From positions 1 to 51,842 of IMG/VR virus record IMGVR_UViG_3300012953_000044: a DNA stretch of 51,842 bases; one strand, 5' to 3'. The stretch is from a virus. Taxonomy: Duplodnaviria > Caudoviricetes. This document shows, in pieces, positions 43,387-51,407 of the stretch (position 1 is its first letter; each line of letters begins with the position of its first letter). The position numbers were made by a program, and so were the translations under genes. Below the pieces are notes generated by a model that saw only the letters and a program-made list of their open reading frames with translations, made no database searches and was not told where the DNA came from.

Positions 43387-45788
43387 AATTCTATTTTAGC
43401 TTGGACCACTGGTCTTTCCGTAAAGTTTATCCACTTACCTATGTTATCCCTCCCTTCAATAGGATCACAACCATATTTATAATGAGAGTAAGAGATCAAC
43501 CATTTTCCAAACCTAACTCTACTAACAGCCATCCGTGATTTAGGTGCGTAGTCAGGATATTCATTAGTAAAATCAATATATAAATCATTTATTTTAATTC
43601 TCTGGTCTTTAACTAATTTAGTATTTGGAGTTCCATCAATTACCCCACACCATTCTATAAACTCGTGAGAAGTTTCAGCCGAAAATTGTCTTGCTTTAAG
43701 ATTAACAAAGTCGCTTTTAATTAATCCTTTATCTAAATAAAGTTGTAGGTTTTTAATCATGTAGTTATCAAACTGACACCAATCATTATCATCCCACTCT
43801 CCAAACATTAATTTACCAAACTCTACCAGTGGTGTAAACTCTTTGGTATAAAATTGACTAAGTTCTAATTCCCATTTTCTTCTTTCAAAAGAAGATCCCT
43901 TCCCTTTAATAGCATAGTTAGTAGTGATTGCTACCTTTGGAGATTTACTAAATGGTATTTTAATTGCATCTTTATTTTTCTTTTCAAGAGTCAACCCTTC
44001 AGTTACTACGCTAAATAATCTCTCAAAGTCAAAATGTTTCTTTACATCATCAAAGCAAAGTATTTGTGTATCAGCAGAAACCAATTGATAAGCAAAAGAT
44101 TTCTCAAAATTAAATGACTTACCATCTATCACTACTAATTTTTTCATATGAGATATTCCATTCATAAACAAACCTTTACCTGTTCCTCCTTCAGGATTAT
44201 CTGATATGACCTCATCATTTAATATAGTGGCAGGACAATAGGATAAGTTTTTCCATCCATGTAATAAATATCCAATAGTAGATTCCATAGAAGTAGTTCT
44301 TTTTTCTGTACCTCCACTTATATTATTTACAAATGTTTTATAATCACAATCTGTAATTTCACATAAATCAAACACCCTATCTATCACATGGTCTTTCCAT
44401 ACATATCCTCCTAAATCTAAATAATCAATAGGAATAACTTCATCTTTAGTTATTTTAACTGCGCAATTTTTGTAATACAAATAAGCTGTATCTTTATCGT
44501 CTGCAATAAAGTATACATTAATAGAGGATAGTAAGGTTAGAAACTCTTCTCTAAAATATCTTACTTGGTCCGCAAAATAATTATATACTGATATATCATC
44601 TATATCTAACAAGTAGCTTAATACAAAATCTTTTATTTCTTTTTCTGAAGTATGATCAATAAGGTTGTTAGTTACCTTAACGAACACATAGTTCTTACTG
44701 CCCTCTGGATTAAATTTATAAAATCCATTATCCTCTAAAAACTTTTTAAAAGATATATGTACAATCTTGACTACACCCTTTTCAGACTTGCTCCAAAATT
44801 TTTGTTTATCTTGTTCTTCCTCTAACCTTCTAATTACATTGTCTAAAACACTTTCTTCTACATCTGATGCTTCTTCTATCTGAGATTTAATTTCTCCTTT
44901 AGATACGCCTTTACGAAGTTTAGACTTAACTTGGTTGACTCTTTCCTCATCCTCGTAATACTTCGTTCCAAAATTTTGAACTTGTTTATATGCGGAATGT
45001 ATAGTTCTTTTTATTTCACTTTGAGGAAAATCTCTACTTACAAAATTTCCCATTATATATTCAGCTAATGTTTTATTGACTCCAAAATCATTAAATGCTG
45101 AAGCTAAAACATATACATTATTATTTCTTTCTCCAGTGTTCAACCCATACTTTCTTTCCCACCACTTCATTAGTATTTCTACAATCTTATTTTCATCTGT
45201 GATTGGTATAGTTTGAATGTCTTTATGCTTTACAACTTCTTGGTATTCTTGCTCTACAATTTGATTAAATACACTGGACTGCTCATTAATATAAATTAAA
45301 GGATCATAAGATTCATAACAAACTCTGGATACATTTTTACATGTTATATCAAAATATGGAGAATCAAAATGATATTGTAAAGAATTAAAAAATTGTTTAT
45401 GAGTTTCAACATCAGCCGGTATCTTTACTAATACCTTTAAACCTAAACCGCTTGGAGAAATAAAACACGCAAATGTATATCTATCTTTTGTTATTAATTC
45501 TTTCTCTTGTAATAATAATTTGTCAGTTTCATATCCATCAAAATCCAAACATATTAATCCACTATGTTGGCTTAATGATGAATCATTTCTTTTTGTAAAT
45601 TTACCACTAAAACATACAGCTGGTAATGATTGTTTTAATTCGTTTCTTACTTCTTTGTCTTTCTCTGCCCTTATTGATCGTACTATGTCTTGTGACGCTC
45701 CTTCTCGAATCCTTTCTAATATCCGTGATACATCTCTATAAAAAGGTTGAGCAGTATCTTTAATATCTTTAAATATTGTTATTTCCAT
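43383..45788 (-). CDS. Primase-helicase (VirE N-terminal/BT4734-like primase, PriCT-like, P-loop helicase)
   Basis: LPAVCFSG...HSGLICLDFD...SPSGLGLK...RVCYESYDP; GERNN; Walker A GGTGKG, Walker B FDD, ITTN; ATG 45788 preferred over TTG 45812. Confidence 0.85.
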   Translation of the reverse strand: MEITIFKDIKDTAQPFYRDVSRILERIREGASQDIVRSIRAEKDKEVRNELKQSLPAVCFSGKFTKRNDSSLSQHSGLICLDFDGYETDKLLLQEKELITKDRYTFACFISPSGLGLKVLVKIPADVETHKQFFNSLQYHFDSPYFDITCKNVSRVCYESYDPLIYINEQSSVFNQIVEQEYQEVVKHKDIQTIPITDENKIVEILMKWWERKYGLNTGERNNNVYVLASAFNDFGVNKTLAEYIMGNFVSRDFPQSEIKRTIHSAYKQVQNFGTKYYEDEERVNQVKSKLRKGVSKGEIKSQIEEASDVEESVLDNVIRRLEEEQDKQKFWSKSEKGVVKIVHISFKKFLEDNGFYKFNPEGSKNYVFVKVTNNLIDHTSEKEIKDFVLSYLLDIDDISVYNYFADQVRYFREEFLTLLSSINVYFIADDKDTAYLYYKNCAVKITKDEVIPIDYLDLGGYVWKDHVIDRVFDLCEITDCDYKTFVNNISGGTEKRTTSMESTIGYLLHGWKNLSYCPATILNDEVISDNPEGGTGKGLFMNGISHMKKLVVIDGKSFNFEKSFAYQLVSADTQILCFDDVKKHFDFERLFSVVTEGLTLEKKNKDAIKIPFSKSPKVAITTNYAIKGKGSSFERRKWELELSQFYTKEFTPLVEFGKLMFGEWDDNDWCQFDNYMIKNLQLYLDKGLIKSDFVNLKARQFSAETSHEFIEWCGVIDGTPNTKLVKDQRIKINDLYIDFTNEYPDYAPKSRMAVSRVRFGKWLISYSHYKYGCDPIEGRDNIGKWINFTERPVVQAKIEL

Positions 45789-45799
45789 TTGATTTGTGT

Positions 45800-45990
45800 T
45801 GTTTTGTGTCAACTTTATGTTGACTTTATTTTTACTTTTTTTATCTTATTACTACTTATATATTTTATTTATAGTGTTAAAGTGTTAATAATAATATAAT
45901 AAAAGTAATATAAGTAAAAGTAATATAGTTTAATATATTATAAAGGTTGTTATAGATTGTAAAAAACAACACTTTAACACTAAATAAACC
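45800..45990. other. Candidate replication origin: AT-rich region with inverted repeats
   Basis: 15-bp perfect inverted repeat TAGTGTTAAAGTGTT (45872-45886) / AACACTTTAACACTA (45968-45982); GTCAAC-N5-GTTGAC at 45808-45824. Confidence 0.45.
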
Positions 45991-46025
45991 AAAAAGAAAG
46001 GGGAATAAACCCCTAACTTAATGGT

Positions 46026-46098
46026 AAAAAGAGGGAGCGTAATCGTTACAAAGTATAACTGCTGAATTATTAATTAATAAAAATTACAACCCTCTTTT
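46026..46098 (-). terminator. Extended hairpin / terminator-like element after SSB-like gene
   Basis: Minus strand AAAAGAGGG-TT-GTAAT ... ATTAC-GCT-CCCTCTTTTT with a long loop, ending in a U tract. Confidence 0.5.
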
Positions 46099-46103
46099 GT
46101 GGT

Positions 46104-46364
46104 TTAGAAAGGTAAGTCTTCTTCTTTTTCTGCGACTGCTTCTTTCTTTGGTTCAGGTTTGAATGTGTCTATCACTACATAGTGTGTTTTCCCATACTCA
46201 TCTTCACCATCTCTTTTGGCTGATACATTTAACTTAATGTATTTTTTACCATTGTACTCGAACATATGCTCTTGAGGTAAGTCACTAAGACATACGCTGC
46301 AAGAGATCATGTTCCCATCAAACTTGGAAACTCCGTTTCCGACATAGATTTTTTCTTCTGCCAT
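46104..46364 (-). CDS. Putative single-stranded DNA-binding protein
   Basis: Small beta-rich protein with acidic C-terminal EEDLPF tail; next to recombinase/exonuclease. Confidence 0.6.
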   Translation of the reverse strand: MAEEKIYVGNGVSKFDGNMISCSVCLSDLPQEHMFEYNGKKYIKLNVSAKRDGEDEYGKTHYVVIDTFKPEPKKEAVAEKEEDLPF

Positions 46365-46366
46365 AA

Positions 46367-46543
46367 TTAATAATTTTTATATATTATTTGTTCCAACTTA
46401 TTCATTGTTGCTTCCATGACTTGATCACGTTCAGCTTGTGAGGTATAGTTGGTTGGAACTTGCAACCATACCGCAGTTTCTTTCTTATTAAAGTACTTCT
46501 TTAATAATGTAATTTTCAATATCTTCTTCAGCATTTTTTCCAT
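46367..46543 (-). CDS. Hypothetical protein (58 aa), not in ORF track
   Basis: MEKMLKKILKITLLKKYFNKKETAVWLQVPTNYTSQAERDQVMEATMNKLEQIIYKNY* fills the gap between exonuclease and SSB; start uncertain. Confidence 0.5.
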   Translation of the reverse strand: MEKMLKKILKITLLKKYFNKKETAVWLQVPTNYTSQAERDQVMEATMNKLEQIIYKNY

Positions 46544-47225
46544 AAAATTTATTATATATTTCTACTGCTTGTTCTACTTTATTTTTACCATAATTTAAAA
46601 AGTCTTGTGAGGGATGATAAATACCTAACTCACATGTTAATTTATCTACTACATAAAAAACTAAAGGTCTCTCAAAAAATATTTGATATAAATACGCTTG
46701 ACTATCATAGTTATATTTTCTGGCACTATACTTAAAGTCTTTTATATTAGAGGTAGTTTTGAGATCTATTAAGCATTCAGGTGTAACTATATCTGCTTTA
46801 CCCTTCCACATTAAACCCATTACCTCCTGAGTAGCAGGAACTTCAAATTCATTATCATCATCATAAATAGCATCATAAAATTCTAAATTGTTTTTCATAA
46901 TATTTATGGCATTATCCATACTCTCTCGCTCCTTATGTAACATCATAATAGGTCTTCCGTATTCTGTAACCTCTTCTTTATATCTTTTAGTGTTTCTGCT
47001 TGATGCATCTATTGTTTTAAATTCATCGGATGATAGTTTTTCTGGCTCTAACATAGCAGTATGAAAATATCTACCCAATAACATAGCTTTAGTCGGATCT
47101 TTTTCTTCTCTAAAATTTTTTGGATCTTTTAATAATGTTATTATATCCGAATTAGATAGAAATCTTCTTCCGAACTCTCCGTAATAATGGTTGTCATCTT
47201 TTAACTTCTCTAATACATCCTCCAT
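46488..47225 (-). CDS. PD-(D/E)xK exonuclease (RecE/Exo VIII-like)
   Basis: LSNSDI, LGRYFHTAMLEP, KGKADIV...IDLKTT, YDSQAYLY motifs. Confidence 0.85.
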   Translation of the reverse strand: MEDVLEKLKDDNHYYGEFGRRFLSNSDIITLLKDPKNFREEKDPTKAMLLGRYFHTAMLEPEKLSSDEFKTIDASSRNTKRYKEEVTEYGRPIMMLHKERESMDNAINIMKNNLEFYDAIYDDDNEFEVPATQEVMGLMWKGKADIVTPECLIDLKTTSNIKDFKYSARKYNYDSQAYLYQIFFERPLVFYVVDKLTCELGIYHPSQDFLNYGKNKVEQAVEIYNKFYGKNAEEDIENYIIKEVL

Positions 47226-47833
47226 TACTTTATATGTTTAGAGATTTCTTTTTTTACTAATGCCTTTATTTTATATTTAACCTCTAAATTTTTAACTATC
47301 TTAGGTAGCCCTAATGATTTATTATCAGCAACATACTTTAATACCTTTTCCCAATTTTCATCTCCTACATTTAATTCTACCAATGTTTTAGTTTTAGGTA
47401 CAGGATTTTTACTTACTGCTTGAGCAGTAGGAGGAGTAGGAGCAGTATCTTCTCCTATCCATAAACTCAGTCCTAAACCATGCATAGCAATAGCTTTAGC
47501 AGTTGATCTTTGTATTGCAGTATTTACATCCATTGAGGTTACTTTTTCAATAGCAATAGAATTGTTTCTATAATCCATTACAGGTAGATAATCAATATGT
47601 TCCATCCCATTAATAGTAATTCCTACCTTAACATAAGCAGTTTTACCATCACTAAAAAAGTTAAGTCCAGTATGCTCTGATTCATACACAATTCTTTGAG
47701 CATCAGGATATTGTGTTTTAATCATACTCCAAGCTGTTGCCCAAGATAAGTAATCAAACTTACCTTTTTTATCTGTTTTACCTTGAATAGATATGGATGA
47801 TAATTCCTTAAAGATGTTCTTGTTCTTGTCCAT
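47225..47833 (-). CDS. Sak-like single-strand annealing protein (DUF1071)
   Basis: YLSWATAW, LPVMDYRN, VNTAIQRSTAKAIAMHGLGLSLW motifs. Confidence 0.85.
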   Translation of the reverse strand: MDKNKNIFKELSSISIQGKTDKKGKFDYLSWATAWSMIKTQYPDAQRIVYESEHTGLNFFSDGKTAYVKVGITINGMEHIDYLPVMDYRNNSIAIEKVTSMDVNTAIQRSTAKAIAMHGLGLSLWIGEDTAPTPPTAQAVSKNPVPKTKTLVELNVGDENWEKVLKYVADNKSLGLPKIVKNLEVKYKIKALVKKEISKHIK

Positions 47834-48227
47834 TTGTTATTTGATTTAATTGTTTTTGTTTACTTGAATATTTAATTAGCAATTCTTCTCTACTATTTTT
47901 TAGTTTCTGAATATGCTTATCGTTCTTTCGGGTGTTTACCTCTGTTCTTATTTTAAATTCTATAAGATCTAATTTTCTTTTGCAGTTAAGTAATGATAAT
48001 CTTAATGATCCCTCTTTCCATCCATATTTGTAAAATAAATTATATTCTTCTTCGTTACATTCTTGAAAGTAATCTCCATTTCTTCCACAATTTAATATTT
48101 CTATTTTCGATGGAAACTTTTGTAGTTTTACCCCATAATTAATAACGCTATACCCAAAAGGCAATAAAGAAGAGATAGCTTCATTATCTTTTATAGCTTG
48201 AGAATATAAATCTTCTAAACTATACAT
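47808..48227 (-). CDS. Hypothetical protein
   Basis: 139-aa ORF coupled to neighbours. Confidence 0.7.
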   Translation of the reverse strand: MYSLEDLYSQAIKDNEAISSLLPFGYSVINYGVKLQKFPSKIEILNCGRNGDYFQECNEEEYNLFYKYGWKEGSLRLSLLNCKRKLDLIEFKIRTEVNTRKNDKHIQKLKNSREELLIKYSSKQKQLNQITNGQEQEHL

Positions 48228-48513
48228 TCTGAAGTTTATCTACTACTTTCTGATAATCTTTATCTTTATCAATATGTTCTTTAGCTTTTTTATATCCGTG
48301 AATAATAGTTGAATGTGATATATCGTGACCATTCTCTTCCATAAATCTTTGAATGTAAGAAATTCTTATTGGTCTTTCCATACATAGATAGTAAAGCATT
48401 TGTCGTGCATCTACTATCTCTCTTCGTTTTGTTTTGGTGAACATCTGATCGAGTGTCAGATGAAATTGCTTAGCAATAGCTGATGCGTATGCATCAAAGA
48501 TGTCTTTTTTCAT
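48220..48513 (-). CDS. DnaA C-terminal-like helix-turn-helix protein
   Basis: KTKRREIVDARQMLYYLC...HSTIIHGYKK matches DnaA domain IV signature. Confidence 0.75.
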   Translation of the reverse strand: MKKDIFDAYASAIAKQFHLTLDQMFTKTKRREIVDARQMLYYLCMERPIRISYIQRFMEENGHDISHSTIIHGYKKAKEHIDKDKDYQKVVDKLQNV

Positions 48514-48540
48514 TATATTTTATTAAATTGAATTAGTTGG

Positions 48541-48572
48541 CTAAGATAATTCTTTTTCAATACTTAACCAAA
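48541..48572 (-). promoter_or_regulatory. Bacteroidota-type promoter TTTG-N20-TATCTTAG driving recombination/replication operon
   Basis: -33 TTTG and -7 box with one mismatch to TAnnTTTG, 28 nt upstream of ATG 48513. Confidence 0.6.
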
Positions 48573-48600
48573 TAATGTTTAAGTTTTTTTTATTTCTTTT

Positions 48601-48638
48601 TTCCCATTTGGGGAATTTACTTCCCATTTGGGGAATTT
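48601..48638. repeat. Tandem 18-bp repeat (period 20), each with palindrome TTCCC-N5-GGGAA
   Basis: TTCCCATTTGGGGAATTT at 48601 and 48621. Confidence 0.85.
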
Positions 48639-48895
48639 TCCTTTTTACATTGTACTCTATATAGTATAAGGTATCCAATTAGATCAAGCATTGTATCTTC
48701 AGTTTTATCGTTGAGTCCTACGGTCTTGATCCTACTTAGTTTATCATCTATACGAGCCAGTATTCCCTCTTTAGGGGAAAGTTTTGAGAATATTTTAGGA
48801 GGTTGGTTTGCTGTATCTCCGTATGCTTTATTCTTTTCAAGTAGTAGCATTATTACTTCTCTACCTACTTCTTTAATAAGTTCTTCTGTTTTCAT
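48617..48895 (-). CDS. Nucleotide-modification-associated / all-alpha NTP pyrophosphatase-like protein (DUF1599-like)
   Basis: EKNKAYGD...ARIDDKLSRI...EDTMLDLIGYLIL motif. Confidence 0.7.
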   Translation of the reverse strand: MKTEELIKEVGREVIMLLLEKNKAYGDTANQPPKIFSKLSPKEGILARIDDKLSRIKTVGLNDKTEDTMLDLIGYLILYRVQCKKENSPNGK

Positions 48896-49101
48896 TTGTT
48901 TTGTTTTTTTAATTTATTTTTATTAAATGATGCTTCTTGTCCTAATTTAGTTTCTAAATATAATCTACTGAGTTGTTCATCAAAATACTCTCTCATATAT
49001 TCATTATCTAATATAATGCGCCCTTGATCATCTTCGTGACAAAATACGGGTATTGTAATATGTGTTCTTATTTTCATCTTATTTATTTTTTTTAATACCA
49101 T
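48892..49101 (-). CDS. Hypothetical protein
   Basis: 69-aa ORF; true start may be internal MKIRTH. Confidence 0.55.
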   Translation of the reverse strand: MVLKKINKMKIRTHITIPVFCHEDDQGRIILDNEYMREYFDEQLSRLYLETKLGQEASFNKNKLKKQNK

Positions 49102-49375
49102 ATTTTTTTAAGTATTTAAGGTATTGGTTATTATTAAATTCTATTTGTTTATACTCTGGAGTTGATTCTTCTGTTTTACCACTATATTTAAAAAAGTCCT
49201 CCACTTCTTGAGTGTTACTTTTATATATTTCTTTCTCCATATTTTGTCTTTTTATCTCATCTATGAAGTATTCTTTAGGTGGTTTATCAGTCATCTGTTG
49301 TAAGAATTGTATATAATCTCTGTTAGGGCAATCCTTAGCTTTTTCCTTAAGTATCATATTATATATTTCTTTCAT
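49079..49375 (-). CDS. Hypothetical protein
   Basis: 98-aa ORF in early gene array. Confidence 0.6.
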   Translation of the reverse strand: MKEIYNMILKEKAKDCPNRDYIQFLQQMTDKPPKEYFIDEIKRQNMEKEIYKSNTQEVEDFFKYSGKTEESTPEYKQIEFNNNQYLKYLKKYGIKKNK

Positions 49376-49530
49376 TTCAGTTTACTTGTTAAGGTTTTGC
49401 GTTTAGATAACAATTGGTTTGTTTCTTCCTTATTGTCTCTTATTTTCTTTTTCTTTAATCTACCATCTATCTTTCTAATCTCTTCATAGATAGCCATTCT
49501 GATATTTGTTTTACCTTTTCTTTTGCTCAT
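49372..49530 (-). CDS. Small basic hypothetical protein (52 aa), not in ORF track
   Basis: MSKRKGKTNIRMAIYEEIRKIDGRLKKKKIRDNKEETNQLLSKRKTLTSKLK*; ATGA overlap with next gene. Confidence 0.6.
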   Translation of the reverse strand: MSKRKGKTNIRMAIYEEIRKIDGRLKKKKIRDNKEETNQLLSKRKTLTSKLK

Positions 49531-49562
49531 TTGTTTTTATTCTTTAAAGTTAATAATTTATT

Positions 49563-49826
49563 TTATAAGTGTCCACCAATTCCATCCTCTCCCATATACA
49601 TCCATTCACTCTCTTCATTTCTATCTGTCCAATCGTATGTCTCCATACCATTACCAAAATCTAAAGTTGCCTCATCTAAAGCAATTTGAATTTTATCATT
49701 CCATTTATCCTCATTATTGATTAGCCATTCATGTACTTCAGTTCCTTCATCAATTAAATCAGGTACTTCTACTTCTATTTCTGCGTATTTATGATACACA
49801 CTTCTTTGCATAATTTTTACTTTCAT
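49563..49826 (-). CDS. Acidic hypothetical protein
   Basis: 87 aa, D/E-rich, ends GGHL. Confidence 0.7.
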   Translation of the reverse strand: MKVKIMQRSVYHKYAEIEVEVPDLIDEGTEVHEWLINNEDKWNDKIQIALDEATLDFGNGMETYDWTDRNEESEWMYMGEDGIGGHL

Positions 49827-49831
49827 TTTAT

Positions 49832-50116
49832 TTAATTTTTATCATTATTACTAAATACGTTTATCGTATTGTTAATTAATTCTTCTATCTCATCATAAGT
49901 ACCATTATAATAGTCTTGAGCATTCTCGGTAAAATGTAGTCCAGCTAATCCATCCCAAGTATCTTTTCCTAATTTAAGTTCAGTTAGCTGAGTAGCAATC
50001 TCATCTACTAACTCCATAAACCTACTATTGTCTACATATATTTTCTTTTGGTATTTATTTGTCTGATAATCGTGGATATACTTTACCCATTTATCGTATG
50101 TTAGTTCTCTTTTCAT
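49832..50116 (-). CDS. Hypothetical protein
   Basis: 94-aa ORF in early gene array. Confidence 0.65.
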   Translation of the reverse strand: MKRELTYDKWVKYIHDYQTNKYQKKIYVDNSRFMELVDEIATQLTELKLGKDTWDGLAGLHFTENAQDYYNGTYDEIEELINNTINVFSNNDKN

Positions 50117-50120
50117 ATCT

Positions 50121-50258
50121 CTAAAATAAGGTTTTTAAAATAACTGCAAATAAACTAAGGAAAAACAAAGCACATAATCCAAAGCACATAGCTTCAAAAA
50201 GTGTTGATTTTATTCCTTGTTTTAATTTGTTCCAATCTGGTTGTTCGTATTCTTTCAT
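50121..50258 (-). CDS. Small membrane protein (45 aa), not in ORF track
   Basis: MKEYEQPDWNKLKQGINQHFLKLCALDYVLCFFLSLFAVILKTLF*; fills gap. Confidence 0.5.
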   Translation of the reverse strand: MKEYEQPDWNKLKQGIKSTLFEAMCFGLCALFFLSLFAVILKTLF

Positions 50259-50260
50259 AT

Positions 50261-50533
50261 CTATTTATTTTTATTTATTAATTCTATTGCGTACTTATTT
50301 AATTCTTTTTTGGATCGTTTACCTATTCTCTCTATAATATCTTCAAGTAGTTTCATATCATTCTCCTCTACTAATCCATAGTAACTCGCTTCTCCAACAA
50401 AACTCTCCATTATACTTTCATCTTCATATAAGATATAATCTTCTTTGTATTTCCTTTTAAAGTATAGGTTATAAAACTTACCTAATTGTTGGTACTGCAT
50501 TAAATTCCCTATTGTCTCTTGTTCGTATTTCAT
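50261..50533 (-). CDS. Hypothetical protein flanked by direct repeats
   Basis: 90-aa ORF; ends ELINKNK like the upstream ORF. Confidence 0.65.
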   Translation of the reverse strand: MKYEQETIGNLMQYQQLGKFYNLYFKRKYKEDYILYEDESIMESFVGEASYYGLVEENDMKLLEDIIERIGKRSKKELNKYAIELINKNK

Positions 50534-50534
50534 A

Positions 50535-50690
50535 CTATTTATTTTTATTTATTAATTCTCTATATTTTATAATGCTATTAAATTTTCTTTCTAATTCTGG
50601 ATATTTGCAGTAATCTGCAACCATTTTCAACCATTTTAACTCTTCATTATTTAATAAAAGTTCTTGTAATTTCCATTGTTTATCTTTCAT
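50535..50690 (-). CDS. Hypothetical protein (51 aa), not in ORF track
   Basis: MKDKQWKLQELLLNNEELKWLKMVADYCKYPELERKFNSIIKYRELINKNK*; leader TAAAATTAAATAGATATG. Confidence 0.55.
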   Translation of the reverse strand: MKDKQWKLQELLLNNEELKWLKMVADYCKYPELERKFNSIIKYRELINKNK

Positions 50691-50701
50691 ATCTATTTAA
50701 T

Positions 50702-50786
50702 TTTAATTGTGCGAGGAATGTCCCTCTACCACTAAAAGCCCACTATTTTCATAGTGAGCCGATAGTGTCCTACACACACAATTAAA
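50702..50786 (-). ncRNA. Candidate structured RNA (three-way junction with GAAA tetraloop)
   Basis: GC-richer intergenic island; three nested stems; G-U pairs and GNRA loop only on minus strand. Confidence 0.45.
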
Positions 50787-51035
50787 TCATAGCCAATACT
50801 CTTGACTGCACCATTTACTACAAAAGGTATTTTCTTCTTCTACTTCTTCATTGCAGTTATTACATAAGTATGGATTTATTTCTTCATTACATTCAGTACA
50901 ATACTCTTCATCCCATCCTCGTGGTACTTCTTTCCATTGGTACATCTCATCGCAATTATAACATTGCTCAAGATCCTGTGATTCTTCTAACTCAGGAAAC
51001 TCCATAAATTTTGCTTCTAATTCTTTTCTTGTCAT
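50787..51035 (-). CDS. Small Cys-rich zinc-finger protein
   Basis: CYNC, CTEC, CNNC, FCSKWC pairs. Confidence 0.7.
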   Translation of the reverse strand: MTRKELEAKFMEFPELEESQDLEQCYNCDEMYQWKEVPRGWDEEYCTECNEEINPYLCNNCNEEVEEENTFCSKWCSQEYWL

Positions 51036-51040
51036 ATGTT

Positions 51041-51223
51041 TTATTTTTTTATGTTTATCTCAAAATTATCATCTATATCTAAACCTAATACATTATTTAT
51101 TTCATCTTGTATTAAATCTTGTACTTCAAAATTATGCTCATCTTCAGATAATAATTTTAACTCTATTAATTTATCTATGCATCTTATTGCAATATCTCTT
51201 GTGTCATCATATGTTATCTTCAT
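51041..51223 (-). CDS. Hypothetical protein
   Basis: 60-aa acidic ORF with leader TAAAATTAAATAGATATG. Confidence 0.6.
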   Translation of the reverse strand: MKITYDDTRDIAIRCIDKLIELKLLSEDEHNFEVQDLIQDEINNVLGLDIDDNFEINIKK

Positions 51224-51225
51224 AT

Positions 51226-51405
51226 CTATTTAATTTTATAGTATTCAATTAGTAAAGAATCGTTCTTCACTTGATACTCGTTATACAATTTATTTATCTC
51301 ATAATCAATCTTACTTCTTTGATATAATTGTTCATCAGTAAGTTTGTTCATCATTCCACAGGAAGTCAGTAAACTCGCTGTTATTACTATTGCTATCTTT
51401 TTCAT
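51226..51405 (-). CDS. Small lipoprotein (59 aa), not in ORF track
   Basis: MKKIAIVITASLLTS-CGMMNKLTDEQ...: basic N-region, hydrophobic core, lipobox LTSC. Confidence 0.7.
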   Translation of the reverse strand: MKKIAIVITASLLTSCGMMNKLTDEQLYQRSKIDYEINKLYNEYQVKNDSLLIEYYKIK

Positions 51406-51407
51406 AT

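Noticed and set aside
48601-48638. Mini CRISPR array
   Set aside because: Only two 18-bp units separated by 2 nt; no spacer-sized interval and no cas genes
50702-50786. tRNA gene or hammerhead ribozyme
   Set aside because: No T-loop TTCRA, no cloverleaf, no CUGAnGA core
41539-51233. Plus-strand ORFs in the replication/early arm (41539, 45520, 48711, 49307, 49523, 51036)
   Set aside because: Antisense to coherent minus-strand operons
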